Positions 1-14,964 of a stretch of 64,000 nucleotides of DNA are shown here, in pieces; position 1 is the stretch's first letter; every line of letters begins with the position of its first letter. A program made the translations under genes and the position numbers. Under the pieces are notes generated by a model. The model was given only the letters and a program-made list of their open reading frames with translations. It was not told the DNA's origin and searched no databases. The stretch is from Nageia nagi. Its lineage: Eukaryota > Plantae > Pinophyta. Where the stretch lies: NCBI GenBank assembly GCA_050084985.1, contig JBITNC010000001.1:118420001-118484000 (forward strand), read 5' to 3'.

Positions 1-960
1 TATGTTTGCTACTATGTTCTCTAAAAAGCTTAGAGCTATCAAAGAATGTGATGCTATCTCTTTTTACAAATCTAAAAAGCTTAACAAAGAGTTGCTTGAT
101 GAATTTTTAGCTTTATATAATATACTTATGATTGATGAATGGGAAATTAAAATAAGATTGGTAGATAATGGATCACCTATCAATGTGTGTTTCCATAAGT
201 TTTTGATCCAACTCAAAGAAAAAGGTATATAATTCCCTCCATTAGAAGAATCTACATTCAAGATTAGGGCATATGATAGCTCATATAGAAAACTAGTTGA
301 GATAACCAAAATTATGGTAACTACAAGAGTAAGGATAATTGCAGCTAAGTTTCAAGTTGTTAATTCCAAATTTTCATATAAATTATTATTGGGAAGACCT
401 TGGCTTCATGATATGGATGCAGTCCCATCTACAGTGCATGGAAGATTAAAATTTGAATATTAGGGTGAGGTCCATATAGTGCTTGGTGATCCAAAGCCAT
501 ATGCTTTTTGTAATGCAATACATTTTAGGAAATTTACAATGACTTATCCAAGATATAAAATTAAACCCTTAGAGAAAAGGGCACCAGGGGAAAATGCAAA
601 AAAAAAATCAAATTATGGATAAGATAATGGGTACATACAGAATTGAGAATGTGGATATATTTGTGTTTGTTTAATATATGGGATGACCCAAAATTCTATC
701 TATGGAGGGCCATTAGTGGCATGATATCTTTCCAAAGGGCCACCAATGACATGGAAACAATGAACATAAGAAAGGATTTTGCTCCAACACATCTAACTCA
801 CCCTTTCCTAACAAATCAAAGGGAGCAAAAACAACTATTAAAACATGTAAACTCTTTCCATCTCCATTTGTTCACAAATATATGGTTGAAAATTGTAATT
901 ACAAAGGATGAGGATTAGGAAGGTTTGAGAAAGGGATGTCTTCATTTCTTGATAATTCAA
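1..960 (+). mobile_element. Ty3/Gypsy Ogre/Tat-type gag-pol fragment (aspartic protease + G-patch), degenerate
   Basis: LVDNGSPINVC protease active site; IRAYDSS..K and YKLLLGRPWLHDMDAVPSTVHGRLKF are typical of Tat/Ogre/Athila protease; G-patch-like NMVENCNYKG*GLGRFEKG at ~880-940; many stops. Starts before the window. Confidence 0.8.
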
Positions 961-2129
961 AAACATAGATGACTAAAAATGGATTAGGTAGATATCTAAA
1001 ATTTGATCATAACCTAGCAAAAAAATAAGAACTTCACATCAAAGTTCTCTCCTTGATTGTTCTGTTGGTTCAAACGGCATGTAAAATCGACTCCCAATAT
1101 GCAAGATATGTGATTTTAAATTTTTATAGTATTTTTATTTAAAATATATAATATATGCATGCATGTACGTATATAAATTATTTATATTTTAATATCAATA
1201 AATAAAATGATTTATATTTGCATTCATATCAAAAGTAAAAAAGGTGATAAAAAAAGTCAAAATCCCTTTATGGGAAAAGACAAAACAATTTCCACTTACC
1301 TTTTATGGTGAAGATTGTCTTCCATGGAGATTATATGATTAAAAGGGAAATAAATAGGTGTTAGTTAATATTTCTCTACAAAAAAGGAGAGGGGATAATA
1401 TTAACACTTGTTTAACTATTTTTAAATTTGGAAGTGTGGCAAATTATATTGTTTGTAAATGGTGTGTATATTTAGGAGTTTGTTATGTTTTTAAAAATAG
1501 TGGTATTATTGTTTTTATTTCCCTAAAATAAGGAGGGAAGATAATATTTAGTTGTTATATTGTTGAAGAATATATTTAAAATAGAGTGTTGTTATTTCCT
1601 TTAAAATAGGAAGGGAGATAATGTGTGTTTGTTGGAGCTAATTTGGTGGAAGATCAAATTGGGGAGAAATTGTTTGATGGCCACAACTAATTTCAACTCA
1701 ACATGGAATAATGCTAAAATAGTTTGTTGGGATTAAATTGTAAGCTAGCTTCCTTAACATTATAAAAGGATGTCTAGTATGTTTCATTTGTTAGTGGATT
1801 TCTATTAGTCTATGGGAGAAGGGAGTGTTGGAAAATACACTAAGTGTTGTAAAGTGAAAAGAGATCAAGGATTGATTGAAGCTCCATAGAATAAAGAGGC
1901 AAAGTTGGTAAAAATATTATGGTGTTTTTGTTTATTCTTGCACAAATATTTAGCTTTTACACTTAGAAAGTAATTCTCTTTTCTTGTGAGATAAAGTGGA
2001 AAAAATATTTAAATTATCTATATGTGTGAGATAGGGAATTGCTATAAACAAACTATCTTTATGGATTAGGTAGTAATAATAACACTAAGAAAGAATTGAT
2101 ACCTATTAAGTTTATGAAAGAATGCAATT

Positions 2130-3633
2130 GAGGCCTTATAAGATAGTGGTTAATGATTTATTAGATTAGTTTCATAGATATAGTATTCACAATATCCCAT
2201 AGACTAATAATAGGTATGAAAATACCATCAAAAGTGCATCTTCTCTTGCACCAATTGAGATTGAGGATGAAGAGACCATTTTGAAAATTCATAAGCTTAG
2301 TACACCCTCTTATATTGAAGACATGCACAAAATACATACTTGTTTTTATTGCTGAGGAGAATGATTTTTAGAATTGGTATTTTGATATTTACAATTATTT
2401 GAAGCATCAAACAACTCCTAATGATTATGATAAAAATGAAAAGGTGAGGTTAAAAAGGAATACTATTAAGTATGTTATCATTGGTGAGGTATTGTATAGA
2501 AGTTCTTTTGATGGTTCTTTATTGAGATGTCTACACAACATGAGATAGCTACAACACTAGAATATGCTCATGATGGTTTATGTGGAGGCCATTTTCATGC
2601 AAAGGCATTGTATTCTAAGCTTTTATGCATTGGTTATTATTGTCCCACAATGGAGGAAGATTGTAAAGCTCATGTAAAGATTTTTTACAATGTCAAAAGC
2701 ATGCTAATCTGGAAAAACAACCCACTCAAGAGTTAAATTCAATTGTATCTCCACGATGATTTACTAATTGGAGAATATATTAGATTGGGCTTATTAATCC
2801 TCACTCAAGGGAAGTTCACAAATTTTTTCAATGGAGCCACAAAGTTCACTACAAAATGGGTTGAAGCTAATCCTATGAAATCAATCACCCAAGATAAGAT
2901 CATTTCATTCCTAGTTGAAAACATAATTACAATATTTGGTGTGCCACAATGGTTGATTATATAAAATAGACCTAACTTCAAAGGTAAGGAAATGAAGGCC
3001 TTTTCTAATGAATTTCATATTGTGCAAACATTCTCTTCAAATTACTATCCTTAAGGTAATGGTCAAGCTGAAGCTTCTAACAAGACCATTAGGAGTATCT
3101 TATCAAAAACTTGGGATAAATATAAAAGAGATTGGCATGAGCAACTACTATACACACTATGGGAATATAGAAAAAATACCAAAATAGCCACTAGGGCAAC
3201 ATCATTTTCATTGGTGTATGGAGATGAAGTTGTAGTACCATTGGAATTAGAACTTCCTTCCCTAAGGATTTCATTGCTAGGAGATATAGCAGATGAGGAT
3301 GCAAGAAAAGTTATATTGCAATAATTAGAGTTATTACATGAGAAGAGATTAAGAGTAATTAAACATCAAAAGGTATATCATGAAAAACTAAAAAGAGCAT
3401 TTGGAAAGAAGATCAAGGAAAAAGAGTTCAAAGTGAGAGATTTAGTGTTGAAGGAGAACATAAATAAGATAGATGCAAATGATGAAGTCAAAGGAAAATT
3501 TCAACCAAAGTGGCTGGGCCCATTTATTACAGTGGAAGCAACAGGATCATGAGCTTACAAGTTATCAACCATGGATGGAAAAGAAGAACCAAACACCTTC
3601 AATGCCACTCATATTAAACACTTCTTTGTGTAA
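2130..3633 (+). mobile_element. Ogre/Tat-type RNase H end and integrase, degenerate
   Basis: Zn-finger HDGLCGGHF..ALYSKLLCIGYYCPTMEEDC, core FTTKWVEANPM..FGVPQ, YYP*GNGQAEASNK, and KGKFQPKWLGPF; stop at ~3633. Confidence 0.85.
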
Positions 3634-3899
3634 AGATAGTGGCTTTATACCTTCAAACTTATCAAAGATCTTAAGCAAGGTACTTGTACCATAGTTTTTC
3701 TCTTTTAGTTTTTCATTGTATTGTACTATTTTCACGTAGCTAATGATGTGTACTACTCTCTATATGCCACCAAATACATGAATTTAAAAAAAAAATAAAA
3801 AATAAAAAGAGAAAAAGAGAAAAATGAAAAAAAGAAAAAAGGATTATTGGTAGTTTAATGTCTATAAGCCATGGAGATAAAATGCTACGTCACTAATGG

Positions 3900-4210
3900 T
3901 TAACAATATGGCTAGTGAGAGTTCACTCACTTAAAAGATAAATTGATGATGTAGTCATGAGCAAGATATTGACATTGGATCATCCCTAGTGGATAATGCA
4001 ACTTACTATGTATCCACATGGTTTTTTATTTGAACTATACAAAGCATAATATATTTAAGTCATAGACATAAAATGTATGACCATCGATGGCCAACAATAT
4101 AGATAGTGAGAGTTCACTCACTTAAAAGATAAAATAATGATGTAACCATAAATATATTGTTGACATTAACTTATCATCAATGAATAATGCAACTCATTAT
4201 GTATCCAAAT
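3900..4210. repeat. ~190-bp period direct repeat in retroelement 3' region
   Basis: caatat.g.tagtgagagttcactcacttaaaagataaa occurs at ~3905 and ~4096 with continuing similarity. Confidence 0.8.
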
Positions 4211-4699
4211 CATTTTCATGTAGGGTATATCTAGCACCTTTTTGTAGGTATCTACATCACAAAGAAAGGAAGAAAGTACATAGAAACTCACATTGTTAGT
4301 GGTGTGCTCACTATTCTTGTACCATCAATAGTGTACACATCAATGGTATTTCACTAAAGATAAGGAGATCTCCTCTATCTCAAGGCATGGATGTGATAGC
4401 ATCAGTTTCCTGAGTACCATACATGATGGAATGGCTAGATCGATGGTTGAATAATGCAAGGGGGAAAATAACATATTTCATTCCAAAGATTGGATGTGGA
4501 ACCATAAGACTACATGCTAGCAAATTTTCTTATAGGAAAGACATATAAAAAGGGGAAAAGAGACACAGTTCTTTAGATTTTATCTTGGTTGCACCACTCA
4601 AGGGCCTTTCTTGGGGCAACCAAGCTAAAATGGGGTAGCAAAGGATCCTCAACATTAGCATCATCATCAACTAGTAGTGTAATAAAGAGTTCAAAGTTC

Positions 4700-6600
4700 T
4701 CAAATTTTTTTTCTATACTTCTTCTTTGGACATGCAATTTTATTTCTTCAATCACACCTCCAAATATAGGCAAAATGTAGATGCCTAAAAATGAATTATT
4801 ATTTATTAAATAGTTCATTTTATAGCATCAAGGATATTTATTGTAGAAAGGGGTCAAAATATACCCAAGGAAATGTGATTAATGTAATGGACCGTTATAT
4901 GATGTAAAGGGGTGTTAAATATAAAGAAAGATACCATAAACAATGTAATAAATAATGATCCCATGAATCAAGGAGGGTCAAGGCATTTCTATAAAATAAT
5001 ATCAAAGGTAATGCATGTGATATTGGTAGATATCTAGAGAGAGAAGCCAAAAATATCTGACATCATGTTTATGCAATTACAATGAAGGTACATTAGTTAT
5101 AATTTTTTGTTTGATGCCATATTTCTTATACATGCTTCAAGAATATATTATAGGCAAATAATGCATCAATTTATCATTTATGCATTATTTATGGTCTAAA
5201 AGTTTAGAATTGTCCATTCCAATGGCACACAGGTAAGTAAAGGAGTATATCATCTCAAACTTCATCATATTTATGATATTTATATCATGTAATATTATGA
5301 TTATTTTCATCATGTTATGCTTATCATGTAGAATATTAGTTTGGATAATTATTTAAAAATCAAAGCATCCACAATGTACAAATACTATCTTCTAGGTGTT
5401 AACATCGTAAATTCTTTATAATATTCATTGCAAAATCTATTATAATTGACAAATTAAGATAACTATTTCTCTAAATATTTCGTATGAAAATTGAACATTG
5501 TTATTATAACTTTTTTTCAAATAGAATGTATGTTTTACTAATGAAATCTAAATATTCAAGGCCATTGTATCTTTGAAAATCTAATATAATATGGTAGCAT
5601 TACATATGTTTATCTCATGATTACTTTTCATAACAATGCATATTTTACTAATGATATTCCAAGGTTTTAAGCCATGGAAACCCCATAAGCATAATTTTTA
5701 ATATTACAGGTCAATGTGATCACAACTTATATTCCAATCTTGGGGCATATCCTTACTTCATCAACTTGATCTTCATATACTATGAGGTGCAACAATAGTA
5801 GTCTAAAAATGAATGATATATTAATATAATAAAAAATGAAGATGTCATCTGCTGAATAATGGATGGAGCCATCTTTGTTTACATGTTCAAGAAATAGAGA
5901 GCTCCTTTTGCTTAGGAGTATAAGCAACCTGTGTGCCTTGGGCTCGAGAACCCCTAATGCTTTGGAGTAAAAAGCATCCACTTTCTTAGGGACACAAGAA
6001 AATTTTTATGTCATGTTATGTAATGCTATATTATGTAATATAATTTCATGTTATGTTATGTTATGTCATGTTATGTTATGTAATTTCATGTTATTTCATA
6101 TTATGTTTTCTTATGTAAAGTAATGTCATGTTATGTTATATTATGTTTTCTCATGTTATGATATGTTATGTCATGTTATTATTATTACCATCATATTATG
6201 ATTATCATCTTATTATATCACAATGCTATATTCATTTAAAAGATATGATCTATGAGGGTATGTTTCTTTTATATTTTGCAAGTTATATCTCATATTATAT
6301 TTTTTCCTTGGATTTCCCATCCATGGAGCTTTCTTGGGGTATCTAATTCAATAGGGGGCATGAAGGAGGTAACAAGTTGATGACATTAAAAAATCATTCA
6401 AGGAAGTGCTCTTTAAATTTTGTTGAAATTTTTTCTACACTTCTCTTTCACTTTTTGAATTATGCAATTTCAATGCTTTTTCATTATGTATCCAAAGAGG
6501 AGAACAATGTAGATGATTAAATCATATTTTAAGTATTTATGCTCTATATTATTTAAATAATGTGAATATCTATAATATCAAGGCTAATGTGCTAATTAAA
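4700..6600 (+). mobile_element. Two successive PPT/LTR-start junctions of the same Ogre/Tat family as 38391-47282
   Basis: ccaaatataggcaaaa|TGTAGATGCCTAAAAAT at 4776 and ccaaagaggagaacaa|TGTAGATG at 6508 match the PPT-LTR start of the 38-47 kb element (ccaaagaggcacaaaa|TGTAAATGCTTAAAAAT). 5755-5810 is homologous to the reverse complement of ~39500-39555. Confidence 0.6.
6010..6180. repeat. degenerate (ATGTT)n microsatellite
   Basis: atgttatgttatgtcatgttatg runs. Confidence 0.85.
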
Positions 6601-6609
6601 TGCTAAAAG

Positions 6610-9420
6610 CTTTTCTACCTAAATGAGGTATTGAGCATGAAATCTAATTATTACCTGATGCTCCTATACCAACCTAGGATTGTATAAGCAATCAATAATG
6701 GAGTGTGAAGAAATAAAGAAGCAAATTTGGGATCTCTTAGAATAAGGGGTAATTAAATCAAGTTAAAGATGATACTTGGAGAATGTTCATAAATAACCAT
6801 GCACTGATGACTTAATGGATAAATTACAAGGGGAAAAGTATTTTTACAAGCTAGATGTATGGGGAATGGATATCATCAAGTGAGAATCAATGAAGAGGAC
6901 ATTTGGAAGATTACATTTAAAATTATATAAGGATTGTATGAGTGGTTAATTTTTCCTTTTTCTTATGTAATGAACCAACCACCTTTATAAGGGTGATCAA
7001 TGATGTTCTTAGATCTTTTATTGATTCTTTTGTTATTATTTACATAGATAATATTAATCTTTACAACCAATCTTTGGAGGAACACTTATTACACTTGAAA
7101 TAAGTATTTTCAACTTAACAAAAAGAGAAGTTCATATTGAATATGAAAAAATATAAGTTTTAATAACAATCTTTGGTGCATATAGGCCATGTTATAGGTG
7201 GAGGATAATTGTAAATTAACCTTGAGAAGGTTAAATTCATTATCTAGTTTTCAAGAACCAACAAAATCACAAAGATAAGAAGTTTCTTGGGGGTTGTACA
7301 ATATCTCAAAAAAATTATTTGTGACTTTCTACAAGTGTTGCTCCATTGCATTATATTACTAGTATAAAGTAGGGATTTAAGTTGGGTAATAAATAATAGT
7401 TATTTTTTGATTTATTAAAAAAACATATTAGCAATGCTTTAATTTTAACATTACCAACAATCTATTAGCCAATTGATATTTAGATAAATGTGAACAAGTA
7501 TGCCATAGAAGAAGTTTTATTACAAAGATGAAGACCCATGATATGCTATCATTCAAATAAAAATAGTAGGGTAATCTTGAACTATCCTACATATGATGAG
7601 GATTTATATGCATTTGTCCAAGATATGAAGAAACATAAGTATTACTTGTTGGAAAAGAAAATTATTATGTATATTGACCATCAATCTTTTCAATACTTAT
7701 AGAATACTAAAAATACTAATAGTCTAGATATTTTAGGTGGATGGACTTCTTGAAATAGTTTAAATTAATCATTAAGTTCAAAAAGAGAAGCTTAAATAAA
7801 ATTGAACATATGCTTTTTATACCACCAATAAAAGTTTCATTTATAGGAACAATAATGAATCATTTTCCTTTTGTTTATGAGGTATAAAAGGAAAAATATT
7901 TATTAAATAAAGAAATTAAAGAGGTATATAATAAATTATATCACTTTGGACCAAAAATAGATGGCTCTTCAAGAATATTGCTAGGGTATTTTTTAACACT
8001 ACATTGAAGTGAATATTGGTGATATTATTAGATAATAAGAAGACAATTGATTATTAACTGAAAGATGAACTTCTTATAAGTTGCATAAGTTGTTCATCCC
8101 TAAAGGAGAAAAAATTGAACTACTTAAAAAATCATATACATCATGTATTAATGGACATTTTGGAGTGGAAAAGATAGTTGCAAACCTATAGAGGTATGCT
8201 TATTCACCCAAGATGCAAGAATAAGCTTCAAAATATATATATATATATATAGTTATGTGATATGTTGTACTATCATGCCAAGAAATAGGAAATTCGGTTT
8301 CAATATGCCACTTCAAAATCTTAAGAGATATTAGGAGAGTATTTCTATGAATTTTATGTATGAATTACCTTTGTATAGAAATGAACATTATTATTTATTT
8401 ATAGTAGCAGATAAATTTAGTAAGAAATGTATGGACTAATTCATTGTAAAAAAGGCCATAACAAGCCAAGATGCAATAGAACTATTCTTTTCCATGTTTG
8501 GGTTCACTTTGGGTTACCTACTTCTACTATATTTGATTGTGATTAAATATTTGTAGGAAAAGTTTGGATATATTTATGGGAAAATATCGATACAAGTTTG
8601 AAAATAAGAGATCCTCAAATTGATGGGCAAATTGTAATTGTTAATATGATAATGGTACAATATCCAAGGAGTTTAAATAAACAACTAGTGTACATTCAAC
8701 ACTTCTATAATCAAATAGTTCATACTTCTTCTAATAAGTATCTAGTTGAGTTGTCTTTTGAATAACTTCCATCATCACTATTTGATTGTATTTTTATGTA
8801 CCAATAATATATTGATTACAAAATCCTAAAGGAAGAATAATATGCATTTAGTGAAAAATTTTGACATGTTCACTTGAAGGTACAACAAAAATTAAATGCT
8901 AACTGAGCTAAGAATTAGTTAAGAAATGAACATAATAGAATTGATCATAAATTTAAAGAGACAAATAAGGTATGGTTGTATCTCAATAGGGAAAGAATAC
9001 AAGGATAAGCTATGGAGTTGAAACCACTTAGATATAAACCTTTTGATATTGTTGAATAAGTAAATGAGAATGCTTTCAAATTAAACATGTTAACCTTTAT
9101 GTAAATCTATTAGGTGTCTAATGTAAAGAGCTTAAAGTTATTTGAACTAGCCTTTATAACTAAAGAAGAAGTAGGATAGGTGTCACTAGTTATTGATGAC
9201 TTATCTTCAAGTACTATCGAAAAACTTGTGGAGGATTTTGTATTGTGAACAAAGGTTCATAGAACTAAGAGAGGGTAACTGGAGGTTTGGTTAGTTGGTC
9301 TAAAGGGGAAACTACCGTAGAAGCCAAGATAATTGGATAAAACTAAGGTAGAGGAGTTATTTTCTCATCTTATTTAAAAAATGGAGATCATAAGTCTACT
9401 CATTGGGAATGTATGATACC
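6610..9420 (+). mobile_element. Ty3/Gypsy pol (RT-RNase H-integrase), chromovirus-like, degenerate
   Basis: EHEI.LLPDA, EEIKKQIWDLLE, DDLMDKLQG..YF.KLD..GYHQVRINEEDIWKITF, YPTYDEDLYA, GHFGVEK, PQIDGQ, LKPLRYKPF; possible LTR start tgataccc at ~9414. Confidence 0.85.
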
Positions 9421-12292
9421 CAAAACGGGTATGTCTTTCAAACCATTGATATGAAAAATGAAACTCATGTAAAGGAATAATAGATTTTGAGATAGAACCT
9501 TTACCTCATGGAATATTTTTGGAACAAACTTATGAGGTCATTTCCATGGTAGAACGATGAACTTTGATAGTCTCAATAGAAATTGATCTCATCATATGAG
9601 TAACCACTATTTAAAGAGGTAAATAACACTATCTAAGGTAGTGTTAATCCACGTACATGGAAGGAAAAGGAGATAGTCTGAAAATAAATCCTTCAAGAAA
9701 AGTGTGATATGACATCAATACCGTAGAGACACTTGAATGCCAAAAAGATAGCTCTAGTTAAACTCTAGTTCCTAATTTAAAAAATAACCTAATTTAATTA
9801 TTTCAAGAACAAAATATTCAATATTTGATTACCTATAAAAAAATTATACATATTAAAAAAATCTCCTAAGATTCTTCATCCTATTTAACATGGATTTTAT
9901 ATGTATTCTTCTTATTATAAAGTTAAAAATCTATATTTAACTTCTTTTAAATTAAAATTAAAATTAAAATTAATTAAATATCAAAATAAATTCCAACTAA
10001 ACAAAACTAATCTTTATACTTACATCGTAGGCATCCTACTTTGAGATTTCAAAGCTCATTTTCAAATCAACAGTTGAGAATTTGTTAGAGAGTAGGTCGA
10101 CCATGAAATAGTTTTTAGCCTTTGGAATTAATTTATAATTTATTTGGTGTTTTTGGTATTACATGGCCACATGTGCTATTATCATACTAATGTTACACAT
10201 GTTATCTTATCTAATATAAAAAAATTATAACAAATATTTAATGAATTAAATAATATTACAAATAAATTTACCATAATAACATGTGTTATTAATTGTAAAT
10301 ATGATCTTTGAAAAAAAGTATAGAGTTATATCATACTTTGAAATAGATATGAACTTATTTTTATTGAATACTTTTAGTTAGTATATTATTATTTAATTTC
10401 ATTTTTAATTATTGTATATAATATTTTTTATTTAATTGAATACAAAATTTTCTATTTGAATTTTAATATTTCTTATGTTGATGCTATTAAAACATAATTC
10501 ATTTCTTACACATGGTCCTTATCTAGTTGAGGTTCTATATTATAACTTTATATACCTTTGAATATAGGATATCCTACAACACCTTGAATTAACCAAAAAA
10601 ACTTACTTATATGTTATCTATTAAATAAATCAAAACATGGAATTGGTAACACTCTCTACCCTCAAAACAATATGAATGATTCTAAGCTACCATTTATAAT
10701 GAAGTATTGATGCTTGAAGCTTATCCCCTATATATATATATCATAGTTTTGTTGACATCTAAATCATATATAAAATTTTATAACCATAATTAAAGAGATG
10801 TATAATATTTTATTTTTTATTATTTATTTAAATTATTAGAAAAAAAATTATATATTATAATACAGTGAAGGTTTTCTTTCTATATTATGAAAGGAATGTA
10901 TGGTATTTATTATTCAAATTGATAAATAAATGAAATTGAGCTAATTAACATAATACATTATAAAAAATGAGATACAAAAATGATTTTTCTATTTCATCCA
11001 TCTACAAAGTCTCATAGTTTGGGTAAGAATGTTTGGGGCAATTTATATTGTAAGACATAATGTGATGCAAATTTTGTTAAAGCTATTATATTATAAACTT
11101 AATATGAGCTTAAATGGGATGGCACCATTGAAGAATCAGCTGGGCATCTATGAATTATTTTTATAAGCCTACATTGAATAGAAGGTTGAATGATGATCCC
11201 ATGGAGTGCTGAGGGAGAGGGAAAGAGGAGAGAGGGAAAATGGGAGGGGAGGAGAAACATGAAAGCATACATACCTGGGCGAGGTCAATGGGTGATCAAC
11301 ATGGTCAATAGCCTAGGGAGGGTAGTTCCATTGCGCTTGGGAGTGGGCTCCTCCTAGCATCTCTTAATGCGAAGAGTGCACATTATAATTTGTGGAAGAG
11401 GGAGCTTGTGTCCATGCAACCTCCACCAAACTTAAATCTCAAATCACAAACACTATGGATCTTCCATTCACTTCTTGTCTATTACAAAAATTGTTGCAAC
11501 CCATCAATATCATTTATTTGAGGACCACATAAGTAAGACTTCTATGTATGGTTTGTGAATGGAATGATTTCAAGTCAATACAAATTGCATTCTTCTTGGT
11601 AAGCAAATGATGTATATTCCTAGGTGATTAATCTTGGTAAGCAAATGATGTTTCTTTAGTGTGGCCATATATCTTCAACCCCCTTTTTTCTACCTTATAG
11701 AGTTGTTCTTCCTAAAATATAGTGACCAACATTCTATATATGTAACTCCCTGATTGAAATGTGATGGAACCACTACCTGGATCAAAGTAGGAGCAAAGAA
11801 CCTACCAATACTATGAGTACTAACCTCAAATTTTTAAGTAATGAGAGAGGTAAGGGAAAATATTGGTTTGTACTTATTTCATATGTCCTTATAAGTCTTC
11901 TTAAGTCTCAATACCATAGTCTTTCCTCCTACTCTTCTTGTCATGATGTATTCATATTTTCCTTTAGCTCGTTGCTAGTTACTTGCTAACAAGTTTCTTA
12001 AGAGTTGTAGACACAATAATTTTGTGCTAAAAAGAAATGTTTGTTCTTTTGTCACACAAAACCAAACTATATTTGTATTACTTGTCTCTTACTTTTTATT
12101 TTTAATGTGTTTATATTTTTTGTTTGCACATAAGTTGTTAAATTAATTTTAGTATGCTAATCTTTGATTTTCTATATACAAGGTATATGTTAAGGCTTCC
12201 TTTGTATATGTGTAGGCATTCTTTTGGAATAAAAATCAGTTATATTTGATAATGATGGTTACTCACTTGGGAGAGTTATATTTACATTGTAG

Positions 12293-13517
12293 GCATCTTC
12301 TTTGGAGAGGGAGAATGCACAATGTTGAATCAAATGATTATCAATTATTTTTGGACCATGTTTGACCTTGGAAATTCTTTGAAGCATTAATTTATTACAC
12401 CATGTTCTATTAGGATTATGTGGGGGCAAAGAATGACTACTCTACTAGTAGTGTGGAAAGTTGGCATTATGCTCAGGTTGCTAGAGAATCTCCTAAATCT
12501 TTACACCTTTTCCAACACCATCAAATCCCACTCTAAAGGATCTTTAAAAGCATATTAGATGTTGTAATGGCAAATACACTGGTAGACATGTACAAAAAAT
12601 GTGAAACATAAAGAATGCATGTGAGTTATTTAATGAGATGCATATGCTAGTTATAGTATCATGCTATGTAATGATCATAAAATATGGATAACATAAGAGA
12701 ATTTTAGGTAAGTACAATTTTCAAGAGTAAATCCCAACCCACAACCTTTGTCATATCTTTCCAACATGCACCATGATGGGAATTCTAGAAGAATGTGTAG
12801 ACATCCCTCAAAGAGTGGTTGCAAATAGTCATGCAAATAGCATAACATGTTTATGTGTTCTACTTACAAATAGTCTTGCAAATAACATAACATTATTATG
12901 TGTTCTACTTGCAAATAGCCAATTAGGTCCACCAAATTGGGTACGCAACGATGTTTGTTTGATATGTGTACACCACTTATGAATGTAATATCAAGGATTA
13001 CATGGAAAAGATTATTTTTGTTGGGGACTAAATATACTACATCATATATTCCCCTTTCAAATATTTCTACTAAAGTGGGCAAGAAGAATGATGTTCTGAG
13101 TAAGGACATTAATGAAAGATAGAGGAAATAAGAAGACTTTTGTATGTATTTGGACTAAAGTTGATAAAGTATTCATGCTTATCTTGTAGGAGATAGATTG
13201 AGCATAAGATATCTATAACAATTTGAAGAAACTATTGAGTAAGATGAAGGTAGCGGATTATATTTTCAAATACAATACCTGCATTGAATGACATGGAAGC
13301 TAAAGATAAAGAATTGCTTTGAAAAATTGGTAATTGCATTTAGGTTATTAAAGACTCTACTGGAAATGTATTATTAAGGTTGTGACAAACCTTCGATGAC
13401 TATAGTTTCGTAACCAAGCTTATCCCTAGGATTGTTGCAAGGAACATTGCTATGAGGGATGCGAATCAATTTCATCATTTCAAATGTAGAGAATGTTCTT
13501 GTGGAGATTATTGGTGA
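12293..13517 (+). pseudogene. PLS-class PPR-E-DYW pseudogene, internally collapsed
   Basis: DVVMANTLVDMYKKC..KNACELFNEM, VNPN.TTF..PTCTMMGILEECVDI, E domain YIPLSNI..VRTLMKDRG, IHAYLVGDR, EKLVIAF, and terminal RDANQFHHFKCRECSCGDYW* (TGA 13515-13517); frameshifts and deletions; 45-bp internal tandem duplication at ~12833-12920. Confidence 0.9.
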
Positions 13518-14964
13518 TGCAAATTAATGCGAACTAGTTTCAGCATTCCATCATTTTACTTTTCAAAAAAGTGTTATTATTAAATATTTGTATGAATATA
13601 CAATGTTGTTTACTATCAATATCATTTTTTAGGAATCATCTACAATTGTAGAGCAAAGAGTTAGAGAAAGAAGCATATGAAAAGTAAATAGAGAACATTC
13701 AGCTAACAATAAATTATTTTAGTGGGCTTACAAGTAATGAGGTACTTTGGCATAAAGAAAGAATAATAACTCTGATGTGTACTTTGCTCTTGGCTTTATT
13801 AGGATTAATAAAGTTATTGAGCAATGCAAAAATCCTGCATGCAATCCAAGTTTGTTAATTTCAAACCATAATTAATACTACTATTAGTCACTTTCTGGGC
13901 ATTGGAACCTTAGAACATGTCAAGTGCAAATTGGATGAGATGCCACATAACTACCCTCAATAATTAAGCTATGAAATAGCATGATGGCTTTCACTTTTAC
14001 ACTGATAGTAAAATCAATGAGGCATAAAAAATACCCATTCTAACAAGGTGCTCCTCTAGCCATCAACATCAACACATTAACCACTACATCACATTACTTC
14101 TATATCAACTATTTAACTTTCCTCTTACTATTTTTAGTCTCAACTCCCATCTCTCCTTCCATTTACTTGCTAAATTACTTACATAAGAGTAGAATACTAC
14201 TAGCAAGGGTACCTTATTCTCTCAATAGTTTTCTTTTTTAGTTTCTATTTTCTTATTTTTTAATATATCTTGTAATCTACTTTTGGTTGTATGCATTTTG
14301 GAGATAAGTCATTGCACTACCATTGGGCTACTCCATAGCTTCAAAAGCTAGCAAGTTTGGTGGAAGAGAAACATCTTGTACTAACCTACCATAAGGGTTT
14401 CTATAGATGAAGAGGAGGGAGAAATTGTTGAGAATGTAGAGTTTAATTCGGGGGAAGAGAAAATGGTGTCCAAGATAAAGATTTCAACTCGATCACTTCC
14501 AAGGTACCTAATTTTTGTTTCTCTATTAGAAAATAATTGAATTTTTAAAAAATTTGTTGGAAACTTATTTATTAATTAATTAAATTTTTTGATTATGTTA
14601 TCTCTTTTAATAAAAACATGGCACTTAAAATCAAAGAGCACAATTATTAATCTACGATATACCCAATGCACAAGGTTGCAATAGCTAGTATATATTACCT
14701 TATCAATATCATATCATATTGATAAACTAAATTTTGAAATTCAATCAATTTTCATATATTACAAGTACTATTTACCATCACTTACTAAATCGATAGATGA
14801 TCGAAATTTTATTTGAAAATAGGGTGATTGTAGTTCACCTTAATCAAGCCCCAATTAACCTCATACACATTTTAATATAAGTAGGAAAACAAATTTTGTA
14901 CAATATTTGATAAAAAGAATTACAAGAAAATCTAATTAGACCATATGGAACTCAATTAAACACT

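Noticed and set aside
4573-4818. Antisense ORF in the Ogre 3' region
   Set aside because: Crosses the PPT/LTR junction and has no recognisable domain
11200-11290. Minus-strand intron-like stretch (CAG|GTATGT...ccctcAG)
   Set aside because: No coding exons or homology could be attached; may be a purine-rich repeat
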